Shown here piece by piece: positions 32,161 to 42,617 of a DNA stretch of 64,000 bases. The DNA is from an uncultured delta proteobacterium (GTDB lineage Bacteria; Desulfobacterota; Desulfobacteria; Desulfobacterales; JAFDCJ01). Within the stretch, counting starts at the first letter, position 1; each line of letters begins with the position of its first letter. A program made the translations under genes and the position numbers. The DNA lies in assembly GCA_963769935.1 (NCBI GenBank), contig CAVYNY010000022.1, positions 1 to 64,000 of the forward strand, written 5' to 3'. The notes beneath the pieces are model-generated. The model had not been told where the DNA came from, did no database searches, and saw only the letters and a list, made by a program, of their open reading frames with translations.

Positions 32161-32280
32161 TGTCCTTCCTTCATTGGATGTAAAGGGATTTTTTAAAGGC
32201 ATCATCCTGATCACCGGCTGTTTGCCTTTCAGCGGCCTGCAAAATCTTGCAAAAGGATGTCTACAGTCTTTTGGAAGATG

Positions 32281-32302
32281 GAATACATGATTGAACCCAT
32301 AT
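32281..32302 (+). promoter_or_regulatory. 22-bp box upstream of REC-kinase 1
   Basis: GAATACATGATTGAACCCATAT; GTCTAC 22 bp upstream. Confidence 0.5.
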
Positions 32303-32605
32303 TGTTTTAAGTTGTTTTTTTTCCAAAAATTAATTAGATAAAGAAGAACAGGATGCCGGCCGGGAAAATGACGGCGTCCGAATAGGGCGAAAAGGCAATC
32401 CGGAAAGTGCCGCAGATAAAGACAGGCAAGAGAGTCACCAATTCGAATATGTACACGAGCTTTTCATATAATCAGATCGCCTGATTCAAAGGAACGGTGC
32501 AATGGGCCATAAGAAAATGGTCCTTTTAATCGTTGCTGACAATAAGGCGATCCGGGCGATTAACGCATTCTGGCAATTGGCCAGGGTTCCGGAGGACACA
32601 ATCAG

Positions 32606-33907
32606 ATGCCGGATAAAGCTAAGCCGCTGCATATTCTTCTGATCGAAGACAACGAGCACGACCGCATTGCCTTTCAGCGGGTTATAGAAAAGGAATGCGT
32701 CGGTTGCGATCTTACGGTCTGTGAACGGGCTGAAGAAGCCGAGCACCTGCTGAAGCGTGCCGACAACGCCTTTGACATAGTGGTGCTGGATTATGATTTG
32801 CCCGGCATGAATGGGCTGGATTTTTTTAAGATGGTGCGTCGGCAGCAGAATTTGCCGCCGTTTGTGATGCTGACCGGGGCAGGCTCGGAGAGACTTGCCG
32901 TGAAATCACTCCAGGCGGGGATTCATGATTATGTGGTCAAGGACACCGGCTTGGGGTATCTAAATCTGCTGCCGGTGGTTTTGACCGGGGCAGTGCGCCG
33001 GCACACAAATGACCTGGCGCGTCAGGCCGCTGAAGCGGCTTTGAAAAGAGCCCACGCTGAGCTGGAGTCTAAAGTTCGCGAACGAACCGCCGACTTGGCC
33101 CTGACGGTTCAAGCGCTGGAAATTGAAATTGAAGAACGTCGTCAAACCGAGGCTGCGCTGCGCCAATCCCAAAATCAGCTGCGTAAATTATCGCAAAAGA
33201 TCCTGGATTCGCAGGAAAACGAGCGCAAACTGATCTCCCAGGAAATCCACGACAGTATCAGCGGCAGCCTGGCAGCCATCAAGCTGGCGCTGGAAGAAAA
33301 ACTCGCCTCCATGGGACGAAAGCCGGCCGCAAATGTAATTTCGCTGGAGAAAATTCTTTCCCACATCGAGGAAATCATTGTAGAATCCCGCAGGATTTCG
33401 GCGCATCTGCGTCCATCCCTGCTGGATGATCTGGGATTATTGGCAACCATAGACTGGCTCGGCCGTGAATTTGAGCAACTGCATCCGAATTTAAGAATTG
33501 AGCAGCAGCTGGATATAACGGAAGACCAAATTCCTGAAATGTTGAAAGTGGTGATCTACCGTGTGCTGCAGGAAGCGATGAACAATGTGGCCAAACACAG
33601 TGGCGCTACCAGAGTTCGCCTGCTGTTAGCGGCCCGGAATAATCGCATAGAGCTTACCGTTGCGGATAACGGCTGTGGATTCGATCCCGCAGAAATAAAA
33701 TCTTCCGAGTCATCGGCGGTCAGCGGATTCGGTTTGTCAGGCATGGTGGATCGCACCCAACTTTGCGACGGGAAGTTTAAGATTTCTTCGGAAAAGGGGA
33801 AGGGCACGACGGTACACATCTCTTTGCCGTGCGGTCCTGATTCGATCGGCGGTTCGATGCCATCCCCTTCACCTGAAAACAATGCCGCACTCCGCAAGTC
33901 CGGATGA
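32606..33907 (+). CDS. Cytoplasmic hybrid sensor kinase REC-HisKA_3-HATPase
   Basis: LLIEDN, VLDYDLPG, EIHDSISG, QEAMNNVAKHS, DNGCGF. Confidence 0.92.
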   Translation: MPDKAKPLHILLIEDNEHDRIAFQRVIEKECVGCDLTVCERAEEAEHLLKRADNAFDIVVLDYDLPGMNGLDFFKMVRRQQNLPPFVMLTGAGSERLAVKSLQAGIHDYVVKDTGLGYLNLLPVVLTGAVRRHTNDLARQAAEAALKRAHAELESKVRERTADLALTVQALEIEIEERRQTEAALRQSQNQLRKLSQKILDSQENERKLISQEIHDSISGSLAAIKLALEEKLASMGRKPAANVISLEKILSHIEEIIVESRRISAHLRPSLLDDLGLLATIDWLGREFEQLHPNLRIEQQLDITEDQIPEMLKVVIYRVLQEAMNNVAKHSGATRVRLLLAARNNRIELTVADNGCGFDPAEIKSSESSAVSGFGLSGMVDRTQLCDGKFKISSEKGKGTTVHISLPCGPDSIGGSMPSPSPENNAALRKSG

Positions 33908-34055
33908 CACCCGGCAACCTTGTTCAAGTCTGTCTGCGAAATGCGTAAATAGTCACTTTTTAGCCGATCGAAGACCTCTCCCCATTAACCTTTTTAAATT
34001 CTATAATTTAACTTTCTGATTCCGATTCAGCCAAAATACATTTATACCTCGTGGC

Positions 34056-34077
34056 AAATACGGGATTTCCCTTATTT
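34056..34077 (+). promoter_or_regulatory. 22-bp box upstream of REC-kinase 2
   Basis: AAATACGGGATTTCCCTTATTT (near-perfect palindrome); AAATAC at 34034; TAATAT 19 nt downstream. Confidence 0.75.
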
Positions 34078-34320
34078 CCTCTAGTGCCGAGCCGATTAAT
34101 ATTTACAATTGAGCTTGCAGCAGCGCGGTATCGAAAATCCCGCCTGCCATGCAAGGCCTGCGCGGGCAGGTTGTCGACGATGTTGACGACTGCTTGGATT
34201 TATTGAAATCTATTCAAATGATTTTGCGATAATGGCGCTGCCCCAAAGTGGCCGCTTCTTCCAAGCGTTGTCCCGGAAGGAGCATAGAATTTTCCTAAAA
34301 GATTATTCGAAGAATCAGCC

Positions 34321-35508
34321 ATGGCCGATATTACCCATAGTTCCGCATCTTCACCGATCAACATTCTTTTGATCGAAGACAATGAACACGACCGGGCCGC
34401 ATTTGCAAGAGCACTGCGCAAGTCGGAAAAGGCCTTTAGAATATCGGTGTGTGAAAAGGCCGAAAATGCGCTGCATAAACTCACGGCAGGCAAGGTGGTA
34501 TATGATCTGGTTGTCGTGGATTATGATTTGCCGGGGATGACCGGCATGGAATTTTACCGTCGGCTGCGGCATATGAATAATCTGCCGCCGTTTGTAATGC
34601 TGACCGGGGCCGGTTCGGAAAATCTTGCGGTCGAAGCCTTGCAGGCCGGTATGTACGATTACATCATCAAGGATCAGGGGCAGGGTTATCTGAAACTGTT
34701 GCCCCTAAAACTGGCGAACATCAAACAGCGTAAAAACGAGCGCAAGACCGGGCGCAGGGCCCAGGTGGAACTGAAAAAAGCCCATGACGAGCTTGAGAAA
34801 CGCGTGGCGACCCGCACGACCGAGTTGCTGCAATCCCAGATGCGGCTGCGGCTGCTGTCGCGCGAGATATTGGAAGCCCAGGAAAACGAACGCAAACTGG
34901 TGGCCCGGGAGATTCACGACAGTATCTCCGGTGACCTGGCGGCCATTAAAATATGTCTGGAAGAAAGACTGCACAGGATGAAGGGCAGACCCCTGGACGG
35001 CACCATATCTTTAGAAAAAATAATCGCCACCATCGACGATACCATTCATGAAACCCGCCGCATTTCAGCCTATTTGCGGCCATCGACGCTCGATGATCTG
35101 GGACTGGTGTCGACAATTGGCTGGTTTTGCCGTAGATTCGAAAAATATCACCCGCAAATTCGCGTGGAGCGGCGATTCGAAATTGAAGAAAATGACATTC
35201 CCGAGCAATTGAAAGTTGTTGTTTACCGGATTCTGCAGGAGGCCATGCACAATGTGGCCAAACACAGTGAAGCCGATCGGGTGCAGGTAGGTTTAGTGAA
35301 ATTTGGAAACGCATTAAGATTGAGCATTCAGGACAACGGCAACGGATGTGGTTTGGATTTTGAGAAAATCAGTTCCCACCCGCACCTCATGAGCGGGTAC
35401 GGTCTGGCCAATATGCAGAATCGAGCTGAAATTTGCGGCGGGAGGCTTAAAATCGCATCAAAGCCGGGAGCGGGCACATCCATTCACCTGACGTTGCCGT
35501 GCAGCTGA
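34321..35508 (+). CDS. Cytoplasmic hybrid sensor kinase REC-HisKA_3-HATPase (paralog of 32606)
   Basis: Same motifs; shares LPPFVMLTGAGSE and EIHDSISG. Confidence 0.92.
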   Translation: MADITHSSASSPINILLIEDNEHDRAAFARALRKSEKAFRISVCEKAENALHKLTAGKVVYDLVVVDYDLPGMTGMEFYRRLRHMNNLPPFVMLTGAGSENLAVEALQAGMYDYIIKDQGQGYLKLLPLKLANIKQRKNERKTGRRAQVELKKAHDELEKRVATRTTELLQSQMRLRLLSREILEAQENERKLVAREIHDSISGDLAAIKICLEERLHRMKGRPLDGTISLEKIIATIDDTIHETRRISAYLRPSTLDDLGLVSTIGWFCRRFEKYHPQIRVERRFEIEENDIPEQLKVVVYRILQEAMHNVAKHSEADRVQVGLVKFGNALRLSIQDNGNGCGLDFEKISSHPHLMSGYGLANMQNRAEICGGRLKIASKPGAGTSIHLTLPCS

Positions 35509-35538
35509 ATCGCACATGTCACAGGTACTTTGAGGTGT

Positions 35539-36204
35539 TCAGTCTTTTTTCGCCACCAGACCATGCTCGATGGCATACGCCGTCAAGGCAGCTGCATTGT
35601 GCAGATCCAGCTTGTTCATAATGTTGGCCCGGTGCTTTTCGACCGTTTTTACGCTGATATGCAGCATGTCGGAAATTCCTTTATTTTGAAAACCTTCTCC
35701 CAGCATCTTTAGAACCTCTTTTTCCCGCTGGGTGATGGTGTCCCATGCTGTTTTGGATTTCAGCTTTTTGCGGCCGGTCATGTAGCCTTCCAGCACGTTT
35801 TCCGAAATCGACGGGCTGATATACCGTTTTCCCTGCAGCACGCTCTCGACGGCCACCATCAACTCACTGCGTCCGGCATCTTTCAGACAATAGCCGTCGG
35901 CACCGGCCTCAAATGCCTCCAGCACGTATTGGTCGGATTCATGGATGGTCAGCGCCATAATTTTTATTTCCGGAAATTGATTTTTGATTTCCTTCATTAC
36001 GGAGATACCGTTCATTTTGGGCATGGAAAGGTCCAGCAGCAAAAGATCCGGCCGGCATTTCTTGACAGTTCGGATCGCTTCAAGACCATCCCCGGCTTCT
36101 CCGATCACCTCCAGGTCGGCCTTGTCTGAAAGCAGTGATTTTAAACCTTCCCGGAACAGCTTGTGATCTTCCACAATGACGATTTTTGTTTTACCTTCGA
36201 TCAT
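35539..36204 (-). CDS. NarL/FixJ-family (LuxR HTH) response regulator
   Basis: IVEDH, LLDLSMP, ITQREKEVL...ISVKTVEKHRANIMNKL. Confidence 0.95.
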   Translation of the reverse strand: MIEGKTKIVIVEDHKLFREGLKSLLSDKADLEVIGEAGDGLEAIRTVKKCRPDLLLLDLSMPKMNGISVMKEIKNQFPEIKIMALTIHESDQYVLEAFEAGADGYCLKDAGRSELMVAVESVLQGKRYISPSISENVLEGYMTGRKKLKSKTAWDTITQREKEVLKMLGEGFQNKGISDMLHISVKTVEKHRANIMNKLDLHNAAALTAYAIEHGLVAKKD

Positions 36205-36535
36205 TGAACCGCTCCCTTCAAGATTACGTCAGAAAAAAAATGCCGGAATGTCCACCTTCTGTTTATAAGACGACCTTCCGGCTTCAATGGCGGCGTTTTT
36301 CCTGGAAGCCACGTCGCGGCCGGCAGTGAAAACAAAAGAAGAAATCAGAAACCCAATCAGTATCAATCTGCAGCGAATTCTACATTCAGTTTTATTTACT
36401 CTAAGCTATAACCGAAATTATTGGGAAAGTAAATGACTCTCTTCATTTTGTTGATTTGGGGCGATCGACTTCAGAATTAATCATGACGGTCTGTTTAATA
36501 ATTTCAGCCACCTAATATTCAAACCTTCTCAATTA

Positions 36536-36557
36536 CAATGGGGTATACAATGTAGTT
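36536..36557 (-). promoter_or_regulatory. 22-bp box upstream of the NarL-type regulator (possible autoregulation)
   Basis: AACTACATTGTATACCCCATTG; AAATAC 22 bp upstream. Confidence 0.55.
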
Positions 36558-36727
36558 GCGGGATAACTGGACAGTATTTAACTTATTTCCACAATGGTTA
36601 GCTGCGATCGGACTTGACGGAATAAATTTCGATTTTTAGTTTAGATCATAGTTAGGCAGTAATCCCAATCCTTCCTTAAATTGACCCAAATTTGGGCGGG
36701 AGGAATTTTAAAACACAAGGAGCATCC

Positions 36728-37072
36728 ATGATCGAGCAATATCAGGAAGGCAGCTATCTAAAAATAGACGGCACCCAGTATTTCAACGATCTAAAAATTA
36801 TTGACGGACGGGTGAAGGGGCGCTGGTGGCGAAGCCAAGGCCATCGGCTGCAGATTGAAGACATCTTTGATATTTTAGCTGCCAAACCGGAAATATTTGT
36901 TATCGGAACGGGGTATGCCGGCAATATGCGCGTGCCGGATGATGTCCGGTCCGACCTTGAACATAAAGACATCGGCGTCGTAACGGCTGACACCGCCCAC
37001 GCAATTGAGATCTTCAACCGGCTGTATGCGGAAGGCAAGCACGTCGCCGGAGCGTTTCACCTGACCTGTTAG
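36728..37072 (+). CDS. Mth938-like (DUF498) protein
   Basis: PEIFVIGTG, AIEIFNRL, AFHLTC. Confidence 0.88.
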   Translation: MIEQYQEGSYLKIDGTQYFNDLKIIDGRVKGRWWRSQGHRLQIEDIFDILAAKPEIFVIGTGYAGNMRVPDDVRSDLEHKDIGVVTADTAHAIEIFNRLYAEGKHVAGAFHLTC

Positions 37073-37482
37073 ATTGATTTTTTCATTTCCAATACATTTT
37101 TGCATTCACGGTAGTCATAGCTGACGTCATCCATCAACTTTCTGACCAAATGAATGCCGAGGCCGCCGATGTTGCAGTTTTCAAGATCATCATAGGTCAG
37201 CTCCGGTTCCGCGACGTTGAGGGGATTAAATGGCCGGCCGCTGTCTTCGACCCGCAGCACCAATGCTCCGTTAACCTGCGGTATGGCGCTGATTTTGATA
37301 AAATGATCTTGACAGTCCCTATAGGCATAGGCGATAATATTGGAAACGACCTCTTCCAATACAAGATTCGTTTCAACAATATACTTTTTCGAAAGGCGTA
37401 ATTTCCGTCCCAGTTTTTCAATGAACCTGTGAAGTTTGTCCAGCTCAGCCATATCGTTTCTGAGTTTTAATACCTCTTTCAT
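37069..37482 (-). CDS. RsbW-like anti-sigma factor / Ser kinase
   Basis: LEEVVSNIIAYAY, EDSGRPFNP, GGLGIHLVRKLMD. Confidence 0.9.
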   Translation of the reverse strand: MKEVLKLRNDMAELDKLHRFIEKLGRKLRLSKKYIVETNLVLEEVVSNIIAYAYRDCQDHFIKISAIPQVNGALVLRVEDSGRPFNPLNVAEPELTYDDLENCNIGGLGIHLVRKLMDDVSYDYRECKNVLEMKKSI

Positions 37483-37569
37483 TTTTGCCTCACCGGTTGC
37501 GTCAAATCCATAGTAAATTTTAAAGGCTCTGTTTACATAACATTATATATCCCCGCCCGTGCCTGAATG

Positions 37570-37591
37570 AAATGGGGTCTGAACGGTATTT
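37570..37591 (-). promoter_or_regulatory. 22-bp box upstream of the RsbW-like gene
   Basis: AAATACCGTTCAGACCCCATTT; AAATAC 22 bp upstream; TATAAT 22 nt downstream. Confidence 0.75.
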
Positions 37592-37781
37592 TTGACCGCC
37601 GGCGCAAGTATTTCTCGCCCTTAGACTATAGACCAAGCCTTGAGCCCGGCCGGCAGGTGACATTTACGATTCATGATTTTGCTGCAATGGAGCAACGACA
37701 GCGTTGAATCAGGCTTCGATATTCCGGCCCCGCGGTTTGCCTTCTGATCCGCACGACTGAAATACTGCCTGAAACCGTCAA

Positions 37782-37803
37782 GGATACATTCTATCCTTTA
37801 TTG
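37782..37803 (+). promoter_or_regulatory. 22-bp box upstream of the PAS kinase
   Basis: GGATACATTCTATCCTTTATTG; AAATAC at 37760. Confidence 0.55.
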
Positions 37804-37999
37804 TTTCAGTCGCTGTTAAGGATTAATTAGCAGCTCAGTAGGCGATTGCGGCGGTGAACAAGAGCGGAGCTGAACCCTGAAATCTATAAAGATCCCTCTT
37901 TTACAATGCTATCTGAAATCGGCCAAACTTGTTTTATCCAAACTCGGACGAATCAGAATACCAGAGCGCGACTCCAGAGCGATCAGGTAATTTAAAAAT

Positions 38000-40021
38000 A
38001 TGAAAAAACATATCGGCAGCCCCTCAAAATCGTCCGCTTCACCAAGAATCAAACGGAAGGATGGAATTACAGTTCAGGATGTGGACACCCCGGCAGCTCG
38101 ACGTCCGGTTGCGCATTCGGCGGCGGAGGCTGTCTCCGGGGTCGGGGTCGGCTCTTTCAAGCACAAGATCCTGGCGTCGTCCCTAAACGGCATATATATC
38201 TACAACCTGGCGACCGGCCTCAGCACCTTCATCAATCCCCAGTACACCCGCCTGACGGGTTACACCCTTGAGAATCTTCAGGCTTTGAAGGGCGCGGGAT
38301 TATTCGCATTGGTTCACCCGGAAGATCAAGAACGGACGGCCGCCCACAGGGAGCGTATCGGCCGGGCCGGCGATGATGAAACCTTGGAGATCGAATACCG
38401 TTTCAAACGCGCCGACGGACGCTGGATGTGGTGTTTGTCAAAAGAGGCTGTCTTCGAGCGCGACGGGCAAGGTCACGTGCTCCGGGTTATCGGCGCCTTC
38501 CTGGACATCACCGACCGCAAGACGAGCAATACAAAACTGCAACACGAGCGCGAGCTGCTGCAAAAGATCATTGACACGATTCCGATAATGATCAGCATTT
38601 ACGATCCGGACTTGCGGCGCTTCAGCTTCAACAACGAATTCCGGCGCACTCTGGGCTGGTCGGAACATGACCTGAAGGGCGGCGATGCGATGCAAAAATT
38701 TTATGCCGACCCCTCCGAGCGCGAGGCAGCGCGGCAGTTCATGGAATCCCTGGAAACCGGCTGGCAGACCTTTAAGGTGACTGCCAGGGACGGCGGCACC
38801 GTCGAAAGCTCGTGGGCCAATATTCGCCTGTCCGACGATACCCGGATCGGTGTCGGCATCGATGTCCGGGAACGCACGGCCCAGCTGAAAGCAACCGTGG
38901 CAGCCCTGGAAAACGAAATGCGGGTCCGCAAAGACTTGGAGAATAAACTTCGGCAGTGGTCGCGGGTATTCATGGACGCGGCTGATCCGATCATCATCGA
39001 GAACCTTTCCGGCACCATCATCGATATGAACCGGGAGGCGGAAAGAAAATTCGGATGGAAGCGTCAAGAGTTGATCGGCAAATCCATGCGCAGCCTGATC
39101 CCTCCCTCCGGGTATCAAAAGGCGGAGAGCCTGCGCGAACGCTGTCGCCGCGGTGAGGAGGTGCGAAGCTGGGAGGCTATTCGGCAGGACCAGAAGGGAC
39201 TGATTTTTTCGGTGCTGCTGACCGCTTTTCCCCTGTTGGATGAGTCCGGAAATATCATATCCGTGGCGACCATTGCCAAGGACATTACCTTGCGCAAGCA
39301 GATGGAAAGGGAGCTGGCAAAATCCCACAAGCATCTTCAGGAGTTGTCGCGCAAGAGCATCGAAGCCTTGGAAAACGACCGCCGGACCACCGCCAAGGAA
39401 CTGCACGACCGTATCGGCGCCAGCCTGGCGGCCATTAAATTCAGGCTGGAGGAGATTGTCGAGCAGATTGTCCAAAAGCCGAAAAAAGCGGCCGCTTCCC
39501 TCGACGAAACGGTTTCCAACCTGCAGACCGTCATCAAGGAGACCAAACAGATTGCGGCCCAATTGCGGCCCACCATACTCGATGACCTGGGTCTTTTGTC
39601 CACCATCAGCTGGCTTACGAGACAATTCTTAGAACAGTTCAGCGGTATTAAATTGAATTCGCAAATTGAGGTCCGGGAAGAAGATATCCCGGATACGCTC
39701 AAAATCGTCATATATCGCGTGCTGCAGGAATCCCTGCATAATGCCGCCAAACATAGTGAGGCCACCGAAGTTAACATCCGCCTGGATAGCGAAGCTGATC
39801 GCATTGTGCTTGAAGTTGCCGACAACGGCCGCGGCTTTGATGTCCAGAATACACTCAGCTGCGAGGATCCCCTCAGCGGGTTCGGTCTGGCGGGCATGAT
39901 AGAGCGCGCCGAGATTGTCGGTGGCTCCCTTACGATCGATTCTTCTTTCGGAAACGGTACGCACATCAAAATGACGCTCAACCCGGAGCCTTATAACGCC
40001 AAATTGTCGAACTCAGCCTGA
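38000..40021 (+). CDS. Cytoplasmic multi-PAS HisKA_3 sensor kinase
   Basis: VHPED, EYRFKRADG, DITDRK, ELHDRIGA, QESLHNAAKHS. Confidence 0.92.
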   Translation: MKKHIGSPSKSSASPRIKRKDGITVQDVDTPAARRPVAHSAAEAVSGVGVGSFKHKILASSLNGIYIYNLATGLSTFINPQYTRLTGYTLENLQALKGAGLFALVHPEDQERTAAHRERIGRAGDDETLEIEYRFKRADGRWMWCLSKEAVFERDGQGHVLRVIGAFLDITDRKTSNTKLQHERELLQKIIDTIPIMISIYDPDLRRFSFNNEFRRTLGWSEHDLKGGDAMQKFYADPSEREAARQFMESLETGWQTFKVTARDGGTVESSWANIRLSDDTRIGVGIDVRERTAQLKATVAALENEMRVRKDLENKLRQWSRVFMDAADPIIIENLSGTIIDMNREAERKFGWKRQELIGKSMRSLIPPSGYQKAESLRERCRRGEEVRSWEAIRQDQKGLIFSVLLTAFPLLDESGNIISVATIAKDITLRKQMERELAKSHKHLQELSRKSIEALENDRRTTAKELHDRIGASLAAIKFRLEEIVEQIVQKPKKAAASLDETVSNLQTVIKETKQIAAQLRPTILDDLGLLSTISWLTRQFLEQFSGIKLNSQIEVREEDIPDTLKIVIYRVLQESLHNAAKHSEATEVNIRLDSEADRIVLEVADNGRGFDVQNTLSCEDPLSGFGLAGMIERAEIVGGSLTIDSSFGNGTHIKMTLNPEPYNAKLSNSA

Positions 40022-40107
40022 GACAAACCGCGCCCTGCAGGGTGGGCCTCGCTCGATATTTTATTTCATAGCGGGCAATGCCCACCCTTCCGCGGCCGGA
40101 AAGGCCG

Positions 40108-40308
40108 TTAAGGTCTCTTGGCTGGTCGCTCCAGATTGCCCGTACGACCGTCGTCGCAGGGAGCATCTTCGTCCTGCAAACGAGCATGCTCCGCCCACTC
40201 CGGAGCTTTTTGGCAAATTGTATCTTCCGGGATGGTCACGCCGGTTTTCCCTTCAATGGTCTTGGGCTTATCGGATTTTTCACCGGTTGATTTTTTCTTG
40301 GAGCTCAA
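40108..40308 (-). CDS. Small hypothetical protein
   Basis: GGAGG RBS; ICQKAPEWAEHARLQDEDAPCDDGR; follows the DksA-BON gene. Confidence 0.55.
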   Translation of the reverse strand: MSSKKKSTGEKSDKPKTIEGKTGVTIPEDTICQKAPEWAEHARLQDEDAPCDDGRTGNLERPAKRP

Positions 40309-40367
40309 TTCATTTTCCTCCCTTTAGTCAAAGTTGGCCTGTCAGTCCATTTTGGCCGACCGGCAGG

Positions 40368-41138
40368 TCATTCCCGGGTGTCCTCGGGTGTCAGTTCATC
40401 CGGCGGCGTCATCGGTACGTTGTCCGACAGGGAGGTGTAGGCATCCACCTGCTCATCCTCACCGTCCATCATGATATCTTTTTCAAGCTTTTCCGATATG
40501 GGCGCGGGAGTCCGTTCCCGGCGTTCCCAAGGCTGGCGGTCGATTTTTATATCGTCAACGGTTTCGTCGAAGTCCAGTTTGTCGTTGATGATTTCGAGCA
40601 ATATTTCATGCTCCGCATTGCTGGGAAGCACGCCGCTCAGGTATACGACACCGTCCTCGCAGGTGATGTCGAGTTCCTCCATATCCACCCGACCGTCCTC
40701 CTGCAGCGCATCATGAATGGTTTCCTGCATATCATCGTCGGTCAGCGCTTCTTTGTCCAGCGAGACCGCAGGCGACTCAATTCCTCCTTGGGCAAAAGAT
40801 TCCCTCATGCCGGCACACGGAACACAGTATCTGGCCCAGGGTACCACCTGCAGACGCTTGACGGAAATGGGCCTGCGGCAGGCTTCGCATTGGCCGTATC
40901 TGCCTTCATCCATTTTAGTCAGGGCATGGTCGATTGCGCGAAGCTCAGCCTGACCCCGTTCATCCAGCTGCGCCAATTCGCGGGACAGGGTTTCCTTGCT
41001 GGCGGTTTCTTCGAGCTCTTTTTCCGGCTCGTGCAGGGCCTCCCAGGAGGTATTGACCGTGCGCCGAAACTCAAAGATGTCCCTGCGGCGATCCAGCAAA
41101 TTTTCCCTGAGCGCCCTGATGTCTTTTTTGCTTAGCAT
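40368..41138 (-). CDS. TraR/DksA C4 zinc-finger protein fused to a BON domain
   Basis: YGQCEAC...RLQVVPWARYCVPC, then DALQEDGRVD...GVVYLSG. Confidence 0.82.
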   Translation of the reverse strand: MLSKKDIRALRENLLDRRRDIFEFRRTVNTSWEALHEPEKELEETASKETLSRELAQLDERGQAELRAIDHALTKMDEGRYGQCEACRRPISVKRLQVVPWARYCVPCAGMRESFAQGGIESPAVSLDKEALTDDDMQETIHDALQEDGRVDMEELDITCEDGVVYLSGVLPSNAEHEILLEIINDKLDFDETVDDIKIDRQPWERRERTPAPISEKLEKDIMMDGEDEQVDAYTSLSDNVPMTPPDELTPEDTRE

Positions 41139-41280
41139 TTAAACCTCCTTCAATGAGAACTCCCGGCCGGATCCGGGCCGCCGCTCATAGTGATCATTGA
41201 ATATTTAAAATTGAATGTCTTTGATTTGCCTGCGGCGGATCAATTTTCATTACATTACTTATACATTCCATTTGCTGAAT

Positions 41281-41302
41281 AAATGGGGTCAATCCGGTAT
41301 TT
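41281..41302 (-). promoter_or_regulatory. 22-bp box upstream of DksA-BON
   Basis: AAATACCGGATTGACCCCATTT; CAATAC 22 bp upstream. Confidence 0.75.
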
Positions 41303-41328
41303 CCTCCACCCTTCGACAGTATTGAAGG

Positions 41329-42471
41329 TTATAAAAAGCGCAGGAGACTGCCCGGATGGGATTTTTTGACAAGACCATACCAGCGGCAGAGCGGATAAAG
41401 CACCAGTAAAACCGCAGCAGCGGCGATAAAAGCCTCCGCCAGCCCCCCGGTTTGATGCATATTGAAAAGCCAGGCGCCGGCTGCCAGAAGATGCACATGA
41501 ATGAGGTAAAAGAATAACGGCGTGCGGCCGAATACCTGCAATGGATTATAAGCCGAAGGCTTTCGGTTGCGGTACCAGGCAAACAGAAAAGCTAAAATCA
41601 GAAACATGAGACCCAGTTCAAGAGCTGCAAAAGAGAGGCTTGGCGGATATTTGCTTACATGCAGCCATTGAAGAATCGAGTTGCCGTAGCGGTACAGCAG
41701 CATGTTGCCGTAGCGATTGAAACCGCGAACCAAAAAAAAAGCGGTTAAAGATACCACTCCGGCTATCGAAAAGAACCAAACCGGATTAAAGTCGCTGCGG
41801 GTCAGCATGTACTTCCCGCAGACCCAGCCCAGTATCATGTAAGCCAGCCAGGGAATCAGCGGGTATAAAACAAATATGCCGGCTACCTTGCGCAGACCGG
41901 TAATCAGCAATGCTCCGGCAGGCCCCGGCTGCTGTCCGCCTCCGGCCCAGATTGCCAGCTCGGCAAATTTTTCGCCAAGCAGAAATATTGCCAAGCTGAT
42001 AATAAGCAGCTTGAACAGGCCGAGTCGGCGGAGTGGTACCATCAAACAGAAGCTGCCGCCGATAGCATACAGCACCTGGAGGATGAAACCGCTCCCGAAG
42101 CCAATGCTCATCCAAAGGGGATCCAGCAGCATAATGAAAATCCCCCGGATAAAGATATCTCTGTCAATGGAGCGCCCCGGCTCGCCGCGGGAATGCCGTC
42201 CGGCCACGCTCAATGCCAGCCCGAAACCGGCCAGAAACAAAAAAGTAGGCGCGCACAGATGCGTCACCCAGCGAGTAAGGAATTGGGCCGGCGGGATCTT
42301 CGCGTCTGCCTGATACCAGATAAACGAGTCGGTGGCATACCGGCCTGCATTGAACGCATGCGAGGCATGGTCAATTGTCATGAGCACCATGACGATGCCG
42401 CGCATGGCATCGATGGCGGCCAAACGAGATTTGCGGTGAGCTGTTGATGGTCGATTCTGAGAGTCAGCCAT
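41329..42471 (-). CDS. DUF1624 / HGSNAT-like membrane acyltransferase
   Basis: RLAAIDAMRGIVMVLMTIDH, THLCAPTFLFLAG, KYPPSL. Confidence 0.85.
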   Translation of the reverse strand: MADSQNRPSTAHRKSRLAAIDAMRGIVMVLMTIDHASHAFNAGRYATDSFIWYQADAKIPPAQFLTRWVTHLCAPTFLFLAGFGLALSVAGRHSRGEPGRSIDRDIFIRGIFIMLLDPLWMSIGFGSGFILQVLYAIGGSFCLMVPLRRLGLFKLLIISLAIFLLGEKFAELAIWAGGGQQPGPAGALLITGLRKVAGIFVLYPLIPWLAYMILGWVCGKYMLTRSDFNPVWFFSIAGVVSLTAFFLVRGFNRYGNMLLYRYGNSILQWLHVSKYPPSLSFAALELGLMFLILAFLFAWYRNRKPSAYNPLQVFGRTPLFFYLIHVHLLAAGAWLFNMHQTGGLAEAFIAAAAVLLVLYPLCRWYGLVKKSHPGSLLRFL

Positions 42472-42484
42472 TGGATTGGGTCTG

Positions 42485-42550
42485 TTTATTCCAACATTGA
42501 AAACCTGGCGCTCCCTCCGGGCTGTAGGCCTGCGGGCAGGAAGCTGGGCC
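42485..42550. repeat. Second copy of the ~66-bp dispersed repeat
   Basis: Near-identical to 31839-31905. Confidence 0.75.
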
Positions 42551-42617
42551 GGGATTCTTTACGCAAGCTATGTCGTTTTCTCAATCCGGCTGATTGTTGT
42601 CAACGACGAATCAGCGT

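Noticed and set aside
38438..39625. Long antisense ORFs (also 12140-13252 and 54789-55808)
   Set aside because: Shadows of well-supported genes on the opposite strand, with no motifs.
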